The notes under the pieces were generated by a model that saw only the letters and a list, made by a program, of their open reading frames with translations, was not told the origin of the DNA and did not search any database. A stretch of DNA of 62,679 nucleotides, taken from positions 1 through 62,679 of the forward strand of contig NW_021832132.1 in the NCBI RefSeq assembly GCF_006345805.1, read 5' to 3'. Shown in pieces: positions 1 through 13,069 of this stretch. The DNA is from Octopus sinensis (taxonomy: Eukaryota). The position numbers were made by a program, and so were the translations under genes. Every line of letters begins with the position of its first letter. Position 1 is the first letter of the stretch.

Positions 1-832
1 AAGATTCAACGGATTGTTAGGTAATACTCCGATTATGTACCTTCCACTTATTAGAGGTAGCCGTTTTACATATATATATATATAATATATATAATATATA
101 TATATGCTGATAGACAGAACAGAGAGACAGACTGACAGAACAGAGACGGGGAAGATGATAAAGAGGCAGAGGGAGAAGAAGAGAGAGTGATACTGCCCGA
201 GTGTCGAATATCGAAAACCATGATGATACTGGTTTGGCAGCTGCTGATGGGGACACATGGTTGTTTTTGAGTTTCTTATATGTCAGTCTCGTTATTCTAC
301 AGCATCTCGTAAAGTTGAAATTGGTTGTGGATCCATGGTTTGTGTAGAATATTTTCATTAATATGGTGCTTTTAATCATAGATAACCTTATTAGGCTTAC
401 ACAACGCGTATGTGTCTAAGTAGAGAGAGAGAGTGAGCGAGCGCGAGAGGTGAGATGGGAGAGAAAGAGAAATAATGTGTGAGTAGGCGTCGAGAGGCAA
501 GTTATTCTGTGCACACGTTTGTATATAAATAAGTTTATTCCATTCTACTTTTGGCCTGAAGTTGAAATTTATTGCTTGATATTACTAAATTTACATTCTT
601 TCTTTTAGTGTGATCTCTTCTATATTGTCGGTACTCTGAGCAGTTTGATCAAGTACAATGAGTGAAGGCGAACTGTTACTGCGAGAGATTCGATACTAAG
701 TCTAACGCGTTAAAGCTTATAGTCAAATATATCACTACTCAATATATAAATGCAGAATAGCACGCTATTCTTATTGATGACAAATATGTACTGCAACGAT
801 TGAAACCAGGAATGTGGTGGTAGTTTTAAAAC

Positions 833-1233
833 AGGCGTAGGAGTGGATGTGTGGTAAGTAGCTTGCTTGCCAGCCACATGGTTCCGGGTTCAATCCCACT
901 GCGTAGCACTTTTTGGCAAGTGTCTTCTACTATAGCCTCAGGTCAACCAAAGCCTTGTTAGTGGATTTGGTAGACGGAAACTGAAAGAAGCCCATCGTAT
1001 ATATGTATATATATGTATGTGTTTATTTGTTTGTGTCTGTGTTTGTCCCCCCCCAACATCGCTTGACAACCGATACTGGTGTGTTTACGTACCCGTAACT
1101 TAGCGGTTCGGTAAAAGAGACCGATAGAATAAGTACTAGGCTTCTAAAGAATAAGTCCTGGAGTCGATATGCTCGACTAAAGGCGGTGCTCCAGCATTGT
1201 CTCAGTCAAATGACTGAAGCAAGTAAAAGAGTA
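833..1233 (+). mobile_element. tRNA-derived SINE, family A, full length
   Basis: Head ggcgtaggagtggatgtgtggtaag with B-box-like gggttcaatccc, internal (TA)/(TG) microsatellite, tail ...gctccagcat...gtcaaatgactgaagcaagtaaaagag. Homologous to copies at 17085, 38774, 40244 and 61814. Confidence 0.88.
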
Positions 1234-1951
1234 TAGGTTATTTTATGTCTACAACCTCTGTGATTCAGAGGTGGGTATGCGATTTTGATTTGGAATAATA
1301 TTAAGAACAATATCTTCCAAGTTAGCTTTGGAGCCTATGTTTTGTGCTCGATATTCTTTGTCTTTAACCATTCACATTTCGTTTGTTACAAAGTATCGGA
1401 AAAAGTAACCAATCAAATCTATTTGAATCGTAGATTGAAAAAACTTTACAGATTTTGGAAATCTCCACGGTAAAATCAAAGAAATACTGACTCAGTTTCT
1501 GCTAACACGAAACCCAGATGTTTTTTCTGTTTGTTTTTTTTTTGTTAACTGGGAGAGGATATTCTTTAGTCAGTCATGTTTAAGCAAACACTTAGGTATT
1601 CAAACTATGGATTATTCCCTTATACTATCATGTTCGTTTACACAAGAGAGCACCATAAAATGGGTATTTTCAAAAGTTTCTGAGTCTGTTCCGACGGATT
1701 TTGTTACACCAAATATTTCTAGAGAATTCATACCGGATCAATCATCAGTTTAGAAAAAGTGGTTCAAAAATATTCTATGTAACTGGTAAATGTATCGTGA
1801 GAATAGAAATAAATCTGCATAGGATATAACATAATTTATAATCGTTAACGATTTTGCCAGCTTGTCATCTTCGGGTACATTATACTATAATATGACATAA
1901 TATCTAATGAAATAAACAATAATAATATAATATAATATAGTATAATATATA

Positions 1952-1998
<47 letters not shown>

Positions 1999-2180
1999 GC
2001 ACGCAAATTTTTGTGCATGTGCACATGTATGTGTATGCGTCTTGAGCATATGCATGTAGGTGCGAGTGGGGATTTTGTTTTTGCTGTTGAGCTATGCCAG
2101 GCCAGATCTAACAGGCTCGGATCAAAGGTTGACAAGCTATGCTCTTCTATTGTTATTTATAACCAAAATGAAAGATTATG

Positions 2181-2337
2181 AGCAGACAAAGCCGATAGAA
2201 CATCCGACAAATTGCCTGGCGGTATTTTGCCGGTTCTTTACTTTTTGCGCTCAATTCGTATCAAGGTCAGTTTGCCTTCCTCTTTTAGAAGTCGATCAAA
2301 TGAATTACTAGTCAAGGATTGGGACCAATGGTACTAC
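2181..2337 (+). mobile_element. Decayed SINE family B
   Basis: gcggtattttgcc...caaggtcagtttgccttcctcttttagaagtcgatcaaatgaattactag aligns to the family B body. Confidence 0.5.
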
Positions 2338-3054
2338 CCTTGAGAATAGTTAAGCTTCTGTCAAAATCTGATACCATCTATAACCAGACTGCACTTAAAT
2401 TCAACTTATTCTCGATGTCATTACCCATTTCAAAGCTTTTACGATGTGATTTTCAGAAAGTTTTGGCTGCTATTTTTAGTAAATCGGACAACCATTCATA
2501 GAACCCTCTTCCTCCACTACCGCGTGTTTGGCTCGCTTGATATATTTGTCTGGCTATGGTGCCACATAATTTATAACTATTAACAAAAGATTAAAGCAAT
2601 GATGCTGCCTTAACTAAAAAGCAAAAGAGACAGAAAATAATTTTTGACATTTTATATATTTTTTACTATATTTCATCATAATTCGTTCTTTTGATTTTTT
2701 TTCTTTTTGAAGTAATTGCAACATAACTGTGGATAGTTCGAGATACGTACGAAGAAGAAAGGGAAAAAATCTATTTGATAACATATTACACATATTTCAG
2801 TTACGATGCAACTCTAAAATTTTAACTACTTAAAATAATTTTTGTGGTCTCATATAAGTAATACTAAATGGTACATTTACTGACAGCAAATCGATTTTAC
2901 TCTTTACATTCAGGAAAGTAAAATAAAAAAAAAGATGAACATAAAATATATATGAAGAAATATATATATACATGTATATATAATAAAAAATAATGTTACT
3001 GTGGAACATAGTGTGTAGTGTGAATATAATAAGTTCAAGAGGATTTGTCTTTTA

Positions 3055-3418
3055 TGTACACACACACACACACATATATATTATATATACACCACATATA
3101 TATATATACACAGACACACACATATATACTATATACGTATATATGTATTATACCTATATATATATATATTATATATATATTATTATATATGTATATGGAG
3201 ATATATATGCCCTTCTATATATGTGTGTGTGTGTATGTGTGAGTCTATATATATCTATATCTATCTGTCTATCTATCTATCTATCTCACTCTCTCTCTCT
3301 CTCTCTCTCTCTCTGTATATATATTATATATATATATATTAATATATATTATAGTATATATTTATACTATGCGTATGTATGTGTGTAGTATATATCTTAT
3401 GCATGTATGTAACTAAGC

Positions 3419-3487
<69 letters not shown>

Positions 3488-3660
3488 GCAAATATATTTA
3501 TATATATATGCATATATATATTTATATACGTTATATATATATATGTATGTATGTATAAAGATTATATATACTCACACACGCATACACAGATACACAGATA
3601 CACACACACACACACATATATTGTATATTTCTGAATGTGCGTGTATGAATGTATGTGTGT
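3055..3660. repeat. Compound microsatellite (CA/TA/TG/TATC/TC)
   Basis: Directly visible. Explains the overlapping low-complexity ORFs. Confidence 0.95.
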
Positions 3661-4449
3661 GCGCCTATGTACTTTCGTGCCAAGGCAGCAGACTAAATAA
3701 CAAGGCGAAACTAAAATAATCTCTGCCGTCAGTTTAAGTTATAGACTTTATTCATTCATTTATTTATTTTATGTTATATACCAGGTACAGACATCTTTGA
3801 ATATTTAATATACTTTAATTACCCTATATTTACTGGACATGTGATAAGTGTCCTACGGGAAATGTCTTTCTATTTCTCTTTTCCTTTCTATTTCATTCAG
3901 TATGTTTCTTTCTTTATTTGTTTATATATTTATTTTTAGTTTCTTAGTTTCCGTCCATCCAAAGAGCTTTTACCTATAAAATAATATGAAAGTGAAAGAA
4001 TATTGATCGAGCGAGGAATACATTTTCCATTTTACATCCACAACAACTTATGGTTTTTTTTATAATTTATACATACATAATGTATATGCATGAATATATA
4101 TATATATATATATATATAAAGTGCTATTCGGTTTTATATTTAGATTCTTCAGCAGGATGATCGTTTTGAATATTAGAGATAACTCACTCATTGAAGAACC
4201 TGTTCATGGAGTGAACACTTGGAATATATTTTTGGAATTTGAAGTTAAATGTTAGCGGAGGGAGTGCTTCTGAGCTAGCCCTAGGTCTGGTCTGCTTTGA
4301 TTGAATTGCGATGAAAACGGTTTTCTTTTCTTTCTTCGAGCATGATGTATCGGTTATTGTAATATCCGAAAATTTTCTGAGATATCATATTTCAAAGATA
4401 ATGATTTGAAGGGAATTTGGTTGCCACTTTGCAAATAACCACTTTCACT

Positions 4450-4820
4450 ATAGGCATATACATGCCGAGGGGGATGATCAATTACATTGATCCCCAGTGC
4501 TCAACTGGTACTCATTTTATCGACACCGAAAAGATGAAAGGCAATGCTGACCCCGGCAAAATTTGAAATCAGATTGTAAAAATGGACGAAATGCCTCGAA
4601 GCATTTTCCCAGTGAGCTGGCGGTTCAGACAGCTCGCTACGTTTGCTACTTTAATGACAGAATCTTTCTACAATAAACACAATACCTGAAATTTCCAGTG
4701 AGGAGGCCAGTCTATTTTATAGACCACAGTACGCGACAGGCAATCGACTCGGCAGAATTTGAACTCAGATTAAAATAACGGACAAAATACTGCTAAACAG
4801 TTTCTCTATTCTACAAGCTT
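4450..4820 (-). mobile_element. Two decayed old-type SINE-B copies in tandem
   Basis: ccccagtgctcaactggtactcattttatcgacaccgaaaagatgaaaggc, then a second ctcggcagaatttgaactcag; both are reverse complements of the B body. Confidence 0.6.
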
Positions 4821-4964
4821 CCACCTATGATAATGTAATAGATGTGAAACGATGCTGAAGTTCTCTTGTTTGGTCTCAACAACTGTCCTTTGATTTGATA
4901 GTTAATGAATAGTGGACAACCCATATACGATACTATTGTTTATGATTGAGAACGAAGACCTGGC

Positions 4965-5150
4965 AACAAAAGAGTGAGAGAAAAGTGTGGCGAAAGAGCA
5001 CACCAGCGATCACCCCACCCCTGCCGGAGCCTCGTGGGGCTTTTTAAGTGTTTTCGCTCAATAAACACTCACAACGCCCAGTCTGGAAATCGAAACCGCG
5101 ACCCTACGATTGCGAGTCCGCTGCCAATTCCACTGGGCCATTGCACCTCC
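4965..5150 (-). mobile_element. SINE family C (head and central domain)
   Basis: Reverse complement reads ggtgcaatggcccagtgg...gtttcgatttccagactgggcgttgtgagtgtttattgagcgaaaacac. Matches 13912, 17634 and 51624. Confidence 0.82.
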
Positions 5151-6773
5151 ACATACATATACATATATAAATAATTCAGTGGATATTTTCTATACCTTAA
5201 GGTGGTTAGTTTAACCTCTATTTAAACTTATATATATGTATATGCTTCTTTGTCTCTGGTTTGGCTTCGCGAGCAAATGTTTGCATAGGGGAAAGTCCAC
5301 GTTTGTTGTATGCTTCTTGATGTTCTGTGAGTCCAATTCCAGAGAAAGCAGCGCGTGCTTTGGAATTGAACATAAATGTGACTCTGTAAAATGTTCTACC
5401 TTTATAGATCGTAAGTAAACGCATTATTTAACTACCATGTTATTACCTGCTTTTAGTTTCATTTCATGAGACTTTCTCAATGAACGAAAGCCTGTTTTGT
5501 GATGTTAATATAAACCTGCGTGGATTGCTCTTTTGAATAAATGATTACAGATAAAAAAGAACTCCTATCTTCTATTTTCAATGGCCTATATCCAGCTGCC
5601 TGTAGTTGCCAGGCTGCACAATTGCGACTACTGAGTGGAGCATCTCATAGCTCTCAAGCGGTGACAAAGTAATATGCTGTAGCTCGGTCTGGGGAAATGC
5701 TCTTCGTTACTGGCTGGAATTATTTCACGATTCTGGGAGCTGTAAGATTTGGATAAATACATATTTGTGTGTATTTACACAGAATTACATACATAAGTTG
5801 CATGTTATAGTTTGTGTGTGTGTGCGCACGGAATAGTTTTATGGGGTTTATCCTACTTTAAACAGTTCGTATTGACGAAGCAGCACAACGAGCAAATAAT
5901 TTTTGAGATTCGACTGGAAATTCAAACCGCGAAATATTTCTTAATTCCCAGAGAAAATATTTGAAATATTAGGCTACTCAATATCACATTATACTATTGT
6001 CTAGTTAGCTTTGCAAATAGTGTTCGCGATTTGTATTTTAATAAACTTAATGTACCCCGTTGCACTGAGAGGAAATTGTCTGTGTCTGAAGCAGTGATTC
6101 AAATATAAATATATACAAAATGCAAACACGAATTAATGTGTGTGTGTGTGTTTATGTCAGCTGACAGCTATGTGAGTTTGGAAGTCTGTTACCTATAGTT
6201 TATTACTTATAAATTGGCACGACAATTTATAGTTTACAATAAACAACAGCTTTCCACGTTTAGGCGGTATTTTCTTTTAAATTAGCATAGAACACAGTTG
6301 GCCACATACGTCTAAGAATGTCTACTTAAAATACATTCATATATGCATATGTGTACGTATATGTGTGTGCTTGTGTGTCTAAATATAAAGAAAAATAGAA
6401 ATAATGAATTTATCGCTTCTTAGTATAGTTTTTTTTACTTACAGATATACTAAAAAAAAGTATTCGAATTTTCTTAAGGAAATGAATGAAACACAGCTTA
6501 TATCATGTTATCTAGGTTTTAGCATTGTTGTCTCGCGCTGGAGAATCAATTTTTTCCTTTGAGGCGAATTTAAAGAAACGTTAACTTCTTTACTTCTTCG
6601 TTAAATTTGCATGATGGTAAAGTCGATAAATCGTCTACCCCAGTTAAAATTGTGCTCTGTGTCATCATAAAGAAATAACTTATTTTCATTACTTATAGAT
6701 GCAGTTATGGCTGTGTGATTAAGAAGTTCGCTTTGTAATCGCGCTGTTTCCAGTTCCAGTGCGGTAGTCTAAC

Positions 6774-6809
<36 letters not shown>

Positions 6810-6811
6810 GA

Positions 6812-7077
6812 TTATGTGACGAAATCTCACAGCTCATTTTGCTGTGTATGATAGAAAGTGTCAACTATCCACAGCCAGCGAACTAATGTGACTCTTATTT
6901 TACTGGTCGTTCTTCAAGATCCCTGCGAAGAATTCTTGAAGTTCCAGATGATGCTGAATTTTGTAGGGGTTCCACTTTCACACTTGCACCAAAGTTTTTC
7001 AACCATGTTGGTAGTTGTGTGCTGATACTTCCATATCCGCCAATTACTATTGGTATAACTTCTACTCTCCTCATTGC
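6812..7077 (-). mobile_element. R4/Dong-clade non-LTR retrotransposon, short 3' fragment
   Basis: Open frame 7077-6895: MRRVEVIPIVIGGYGSISTQLPTWLKNFGASVKVEPLQNSASSGTSRILRRDLEERPVK*, matching the PIVIGALG...GTARILR C-terminus. Flanked on both sides by (TTA)n. Confidence 0.8.
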
Positions 7078-7088
7078 ATTATTATTAA

Positions 7089-7121
<33 letters not shown>

Positions 7122-7122
<1 letters not shown>

Positions 7123-7835
7123 TTATGAAAACTCACAGCTTATTTTGCTGGCTATAATGGAAAATTTAAGCTGTCTACAGCCAGCAGAGTAAGGTGACAC
7201 TTGTTTACTGATCGTGCTTCAAGAACTCTGCGAAGAACTCTTGCAGTTCCAAGCAATTCTGATTTTTGTACGTGTGTAGGTGTCCTACCTTTTCACTTGC
7301 ACTAATCTCTTTTAGCTACGTTGGTAGTTGAATGTTGATACTTCCAATCGCACCAATTACTATTGGTATATCATCTACTCTCTTCATTGACCACAACCTT
7401 CGTATTTTCCACTTCAAATCGCCATAATTGTTTATGTTTTCTTCTACTTTCACATTGATCCTGCTGTCACCGGAACATGCTTTGTCGATTATCATGCATG
7501 ATCATTCTTTTTTATTCACCACAACATTGTCCGGTTTCCGATATCTGGTCAGTTGATCACACTGGATCATTGTATCCCACAAGATTTTGCAATTCTCATC
7601 TTAGGTTTTCTCATACCACATCTTTGCTTTCTGTAGGCCATAACTTCCAGTCAGTTTTGAGCGCAACACCAACCTTAGTCTTCGGAAATACTCCATCTTC
7701 AGTTGCTCTTTCATTTACTTCTCCATTGTCTCGTTGGATTCTTGTACACCAAGGTATTTGTAGCCTTCCGTTTCTATTTGTTTCATCAAGTCTCTATTCA
7801 GTAATTCTATCCCTGCTAGGGACTGTACCTTTTTA
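7122..7835 (-). mobile_element. R4/Dong-clade non-LTR retrotransposon, internally deleted
   Basis: Translation gives GYKYLGVQE...EYFRRLRLVLRSKL joined to KMWYE..CKILWD...RKPDNVVV..IIDKAC..PIVIGAIG..LLGTARVLRRVL: RT thumb plus restriction-like endonuclease, with stops and a frameshift. Confidence 0.85.
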
Positions 7836-8919
7836 GCTAGATTATTCCGCGCTTCTTGAGTCCAAATTCCGTTCTAATATCACTACTAAAACAATGGAGC
7901 GTATTCGTCGAAGTTGTATTTTTATCATTATTGTTATTATTGCTGTTGTTGTTGGTGGTGGTGGTGGTGGTGGTGTTTGTGGTGTTATTGTTGCTGTTAT
8001 TCTTCTTCTTGTTATTGTAGCTGCTGTTAGTTGGTCGAAAGATAATGATGATAAAGACGGAGTTTTTACTTCATGTCAGGCGATTGTAGATTAGATTCGA
8101 TGAGGCATCAATCAAATCCAGTACGTATTCATGGCCTTGCGCCAAATTTCCAATTCATTATAATCATTATTTGTTAATCATCAGAGACGACTATATTTCA
8201 GGGACTAGCTTCAGCCGGAGTGTATGAAGTTTCTGCCAAATGGATATTTGTAATGTTCAATCACAAGGTTTCTGGTGTTTATACGAAAACATTTTTGTTT
8301 GTAACACTCTGTTTGAAATCGTTCTATTTACCAGAAACATCTGTAAACATAGTAAGGCCCAAATCGATAGAAAATCAAATAAATTAGATATATGATTCGT
8401 ATTTCCTTAGTCGATATTTCTGTTTGTGTACTTTCGAATGTTTGTGTGGATATGAATGTGCACAGGCTGAAGTAAGGGATATGTATAAGCGCTTGTAAAT
8501 ATGAAAAATAAATCCAAAAACGACAAAAAAAATCACAGTAACTAGAAAAAAGCATTTCGAGATAAAATGCTTAAATAAAACTATTAATAAATCCTAATAC
8601 AGGCAAACAGTTGAGTATACTGAAGCAGGAGTTCTTCATTGATGCATTCCAAGAACCTAATTGCTCGGTGTTAAACACACACTGGAAATTGTTAGTCCTT
8701 TTTTTTCTCTTATTGTTACACTTTAGTAACTGCAATTTGAATTTAAATGGTGTGCAACCATGCAGGGGTCACGCTTCTGTGACTTTAGAACAATCCACAG
8801 AGTAACAGACATAGTCTAAGTATAGTAATTACTCTCAGAATCCGACGGCGATTATCATAAGATGAGAGAAACAGACGCACAAACAAGCATGCGTGTAAGC
8901 GCTCTTATATTTGCATATA

Positions 8920-8974
8920 TATATGTTGTGTGTGTGTGTGTGTATCTATGTATATATCCGTATTATATTTATTT

Positions 8975-9021
<47 letters not shown>

Positions 9022-9041
9022 GGATATATATATATACATAC

Positions 9042-9088
<47 letters not shown>

Positions 9089-9090
9089 GG

Positions 9091-9121
<31 letters not shown>

Positions 9122-9182
9122 CCGGATAATATATATATATATATATGTAATATATATATATATATATTATATATATATATAC

Positions 9183-9221
<39 letters not shown>

Positions 9222-9243
9222 ATATATATATATATATAATATA

Positions 9244-9274
<31 letters not shown>

Positions 9275-9275
9275 C
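8920..9275. repeat. Long interrupted (TA)n microsatellite
   Basis: Directly visible, with recurrent cgga interruptions. Confidence 0.95.
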
Positions 9276-9506
9276 GAGAAAGAAGCAACAAGAATGGATT
9301 AGTTTTTAGTACAATTGTTTCATACAAAGACAGGCTTTATTACAAGTTGCAAAAATTGCAGCAGATAAAGTGTCCCGTACTCATCAGCTAAAATACATTT
9401 GAGTTCTCTAGACATCTTAGTGGGTGAGGTTATACTCATGAAATATTGGAGATAGTTCCATTAGAGGCAGATATAGGTTGTAAACAGTTTTCCAAAGTTC
9501 CTTAAT

Positions 9507-9710
9507 GATGATGCACAGTCTTATCACAGATTTTTAAAAACTTATTAGTTTCGAAGAGAAGATGAATCAATCCATAGTGTAGATTTAAATTTCCAGAGAT
9601 ATGAGGAGGATGATGCACAGACTTATCACAGGTTTTTAAAGACTTATTAGCTTCACAGAAAAGGTGAATTAATCCATAGTGAAGATTTATATTTCCAGTG
9701 GTAAGATGAG
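9507..9710. repeat. Two-copy 102-bp tandem repeat
   Basis: gatgatgcacag(t/a)cttatcacag starts at 9507 and 9609. The units align along their full length. Confidence 0.85.
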
Positions 9711-9905
9711 GAATTTCATACTCACAGACGATGTATTTAACCATTATTAATCCACAATCATTTCATGCTATATGATAATGATAATGTTGCTTCTTTCTCG
9801 TTTATAATCACCCCGCATTGCTGTATATAGTTTTTCTGGTAAATCTAAGTTAAGTACCACGTTCAAGTAAATTCATTGGAATTCACTTGAATCTTAATTG
9901 CTTTG

Positions 9906-9950
<45 letters not shown>

Positions 9951-10058
9951 TGGTTGTATACTGTCAACTTAACGTGACAGTAAGGGAATTACACCACCGC
10001 TGTTTAGCCCTAGGAAGCATCGTACACATCTCTATGAGATATTTAGAAATTTAATATT

Positions 10059-10118
<60 letters not shown>

Positions 10119-10481
10119 AAGGCGCATTGCTCAGTACCTAGAGCGTCGAGCTTCCGATCGTGAGGTTGAGGGTTCGATTCCCGTTTGGGTTACGTGTTGT
10201 GTTCTTGAGCAAGACGCTCTATTTCACGTTATTCGAGCAAGACACTCTATTTCACGTTACTCCAGCTCACTTAGCTGTAGAAATTAATTGCGACGTCACT
10301 GGTGCCAAGCTGAAGTGGACTTTGCCTTTCCCTTTGATAACATCGGTGTCGTCGAGAGGGGAGGCTAATATGCATGGGTGACTGCTGGTCTTCCATAATA
10401 ACAACCCTCGGTTATGCATTCGCCCAGACTTGTACCCCATCTCTTAGGTGGACCCATGGTCTTTCGTGACCGACGGAGTCG
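10119..10481 (+). mobile_element. SINE family D, full length, with a small internal duplication
   Basis: tRNA-like head ggcgcattgctcagt...gggttcgattccc, CORE-like tgtgttcttgagcaagac...ctccagctcacttagctgtagaaat, duplicated gagcaagac(g/a)ctctatttcacgtta. Sits between (TA)n tracts. Confidence 0.85.
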
Positions 10482-10483
10482 AG

Positions 10484-10517
<34 letters not shown>

Positions 10518-11339
10518 CCTCATCTAATGATATATATATATGTGACTGGTTTCCAAACAGTTTCAATCAAACAAATACACAAATAATACGTTGGTCGATT
10601 CAGAAATACAGTAAAAACACTTCACCCAGTGCCTCAGAAAGGAACCGCTGACATGGTTAAGTAGCGAATTTATATATCATAATCCCTGTTTTTGTGAAAC
10701 TCTAGATGTATATTGTCAGACTGAATTTGAAATACAATAAGTGGCGATCGGTCGTCATTTCCGAATATATAGAGATTCTTATGGTCTGCGATAGCAGCAG
10801 GACTATCTGAATATGACATCCCAGTGAAGGAGCAGAGTGATCGGTGGTGCGATCACAACTGTTCAATGTGTTGTGGCAATTTAATTACAGGACTTATCTA
10901 CTCAAAATAAAGAGAAAGACGGAAGAAAATAGAAGATATATTATGTGAAAATCATAGTCGTCGGTCCACAAACTTCACAGCACGACAGGTAGCACATCCG
11001 AGCATACGAATGACAAAATGTAAAGGCCCTTCCTCAGTACTAATACATACATACATACACACATTCATACATAACATACATACATACACACATACATACA
11101 TACATACATACATGCATACATACATACTTATATGCATGTTTATGAGTGGGTATTTAGAAACAGTACTATTTATTGTTTATTGATTCAAAAAATAATGAAT
11201 ATCGTCAATCGATTTCGAGCTTTATTGGCGACTCCTCAGTGGTTCCCATATTTGGTGTTCGTCTGGAAGTTGGCAAAGACAAATTTTTCACTCACTGAAA
11301 AAAATTTGGAAGATTGTCTCGATTTAAAATATAGAGATA

Positions 11340-12082
11340 TGTGTGTTTGCATTTGTATGTACGTGTGTGTATGTGTGTGTGTGTGCGTATGTGTGTGTGT
11401 GTATGTGTGTTGTGTGTGTGTGTGTGTATGTGCGTATGTGTGTGTGTGTGTATGTGTGTGGTGTGCGTATGTGTGTGTGTGTGATGTGTGTGTGGTGTGC
11501 GTATGTGTGTGTGTGTGTATGTGTGTGTGTGTATGTGTGTGTGTGTATTGTGTGTGTGTATGTGTGTGTGTGTGTGTGTTGGTGTGTGGTGTGTGTATGT
11601 GGTGTGTGTGTATGTGTGTGTGTGTATGTGTGTGTGTGCGTATGTGTGTGTGTGTATGTGTGTGTGTATGTGTGTGTGTGTGTATGTGTGTGTGTGTGTA
11701 TGTGTGTGTGTGTATGGTGTGTGTGTGTATTGTGTGTGTGTGTGTGTGTGTATGTGTGTGTGTGTATGTGTGTGTGTGTATGTGCGTATGTGTGTGTGTG
11801 TATGTGTGTGTGTGCGTATGTGTGTGTGTGTGTTGTGTGTGTGTGTGTATGTGGTGGTATGTGTGTGTGTGTGCGTGATGTGTGTGTGTGTATGTGTGTG
11901 TGTGTGTGTGGTGTGTATGTGCGTATGTGTGTGTGTGTGTATGTGTGTGTGTGTGCGTATGGGTGTGTGTGTTGTGTATGTGTGTGTGTGTGTGCGTATG
12001 TGTGTGTGTGTGTATGTGTGTTGTGTGTGTATGTGTGTATGTGTGTGTGTGTGTGTGGTGTGTGGTGTGTGTGTTGTGTGTA
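11340..12082. repeat. About 740-bp interrupted (TG)n array
   Basis: Directly visible. Source of the CVCV and HTHT ORFs. Confidence 0.97.
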
Positions 12083-12120
12083 TACATTTACTTTCATGAG
12101 TTCATATATGGACAAAAATA

Positions 12121-12327
12121 TACACGAGGATTTGTTAAGAATTTCCTGGCCTTAAGGGTGTCGGGAATGGCCTGCTTTGAGGCCAACATTCCGAATTCTT
12201 TTTCAGAGCTTAAAAAAACTGAAGGACCGCTGCGATAAGTGTGTGAATCTAAGAGGCGAATATGTAGAATAAAATCATAATTAACTGATCCCCATGTTTT
12301 TTCCTTTACCCACAACTCCCTCTCGTA
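12121..12327 (+). mobile_element. Mariner-derived MITE carrying the transposase C-terminus
   Basis: Encodes ...KK/LKDRCDKCVNLRGEYVE*, the typical mariner end. Termini ta-cacgagga... and ...ccctctcg-ta are imperfect TIRs with TA flanks. Confidence 0.65.
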
Positions 12328-12331
12328 TATA

Positions 12332-12565
12332 TATTTCTTTACTACCCACAAGGGGCTAAACGCAGAGGGGACAAACGAGGACAGACAAACGGATTGAGTC
12401 GATTATATCGACCGCAGTGCGTAACTGGTACTTAATTTATCGACCCCGAAACGATGAAAGGCAAAGTCGACCACGGCGGAATTTGAACCTAGAACGTAAC
12501 GGCAGACGAAATACGGCTACGCATTTCGCCCGGCGCACTAACGTTTCTGCCAGCTCGCCGCCTTA
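12332..12565 (-). mobile_element. SINE family B, young form, full length
   Basis: Reverse complement: ggcggcgagctggcagaaacgttag...ggttcaaattccgccgtggtcgactttgcctttcatcg...cttgtgggtagtaaagaaata. Confidence 0.9.
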
Positions 12566-12605
12566 AACGTACATATGTGCGTGAGTGTGTGTGTGTGGTG
12601 TGTGT

Positions 12606-12867
12606 GTGTGTGTTCTTGAGTAAGACTCTTTATTTCACGTTGCTCCAGTTCACTCAGCTGTAAAAAAGAGTTGCGACGTCACAGGTTACAAGCTGTATTG
12701 GCCCCTTTGCCTTTCCCTTGAATAACACTGGGGACGTGGAGAGGGGAGGCCGTCATGCATGGGCGGCTGCTGGTCTTCCATAAACAACCTTGCCCAGACT
12801 TGTGCCTGGGAGGGTAACTTTCTTGGTGCAATCCCATGGTCTGTGTCGTGACCGAAGGGGGTCTCAG
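12606..12867 (+). mobile_element. SINE family D, 5'-truncated
   Basis: CORE-like segment plus the tail shared with 10119 and 51925. Confidence 0.85.
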
Positions 12868-13069
12868 AATATATATATATGTATATATATATACTTATAC
12901 AATTGCAGCGTGGAAGGTGTTTATAAGCCATTTAAGAAACACACAAAAGCCGTTCGATTCACTTCAACATTTAAGTTTAATTTGTCAAAATATTTTCGTC
13001 GCTTTAAGGCCGCGACCTGTTCACTGACAAAATTCCGTGCTGCATCTGAGAAAGTAACAGTTAGTTCGT

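Noticed and set aside
8201-8266. Candidate exon tttcag|GLASAGVYEVSAKWIFVMFNHK|gt
   Set aside because: Short, no recognisable homology and no partner exons; expected by chance. The same applies to a candidate near 5615-5690.
11132-12155. Long ORFs (203-283 aa) of CVCV or HTHT
   Set aside because: Translations of the (TG)n/(CA)n array; stop-free only because of composition.
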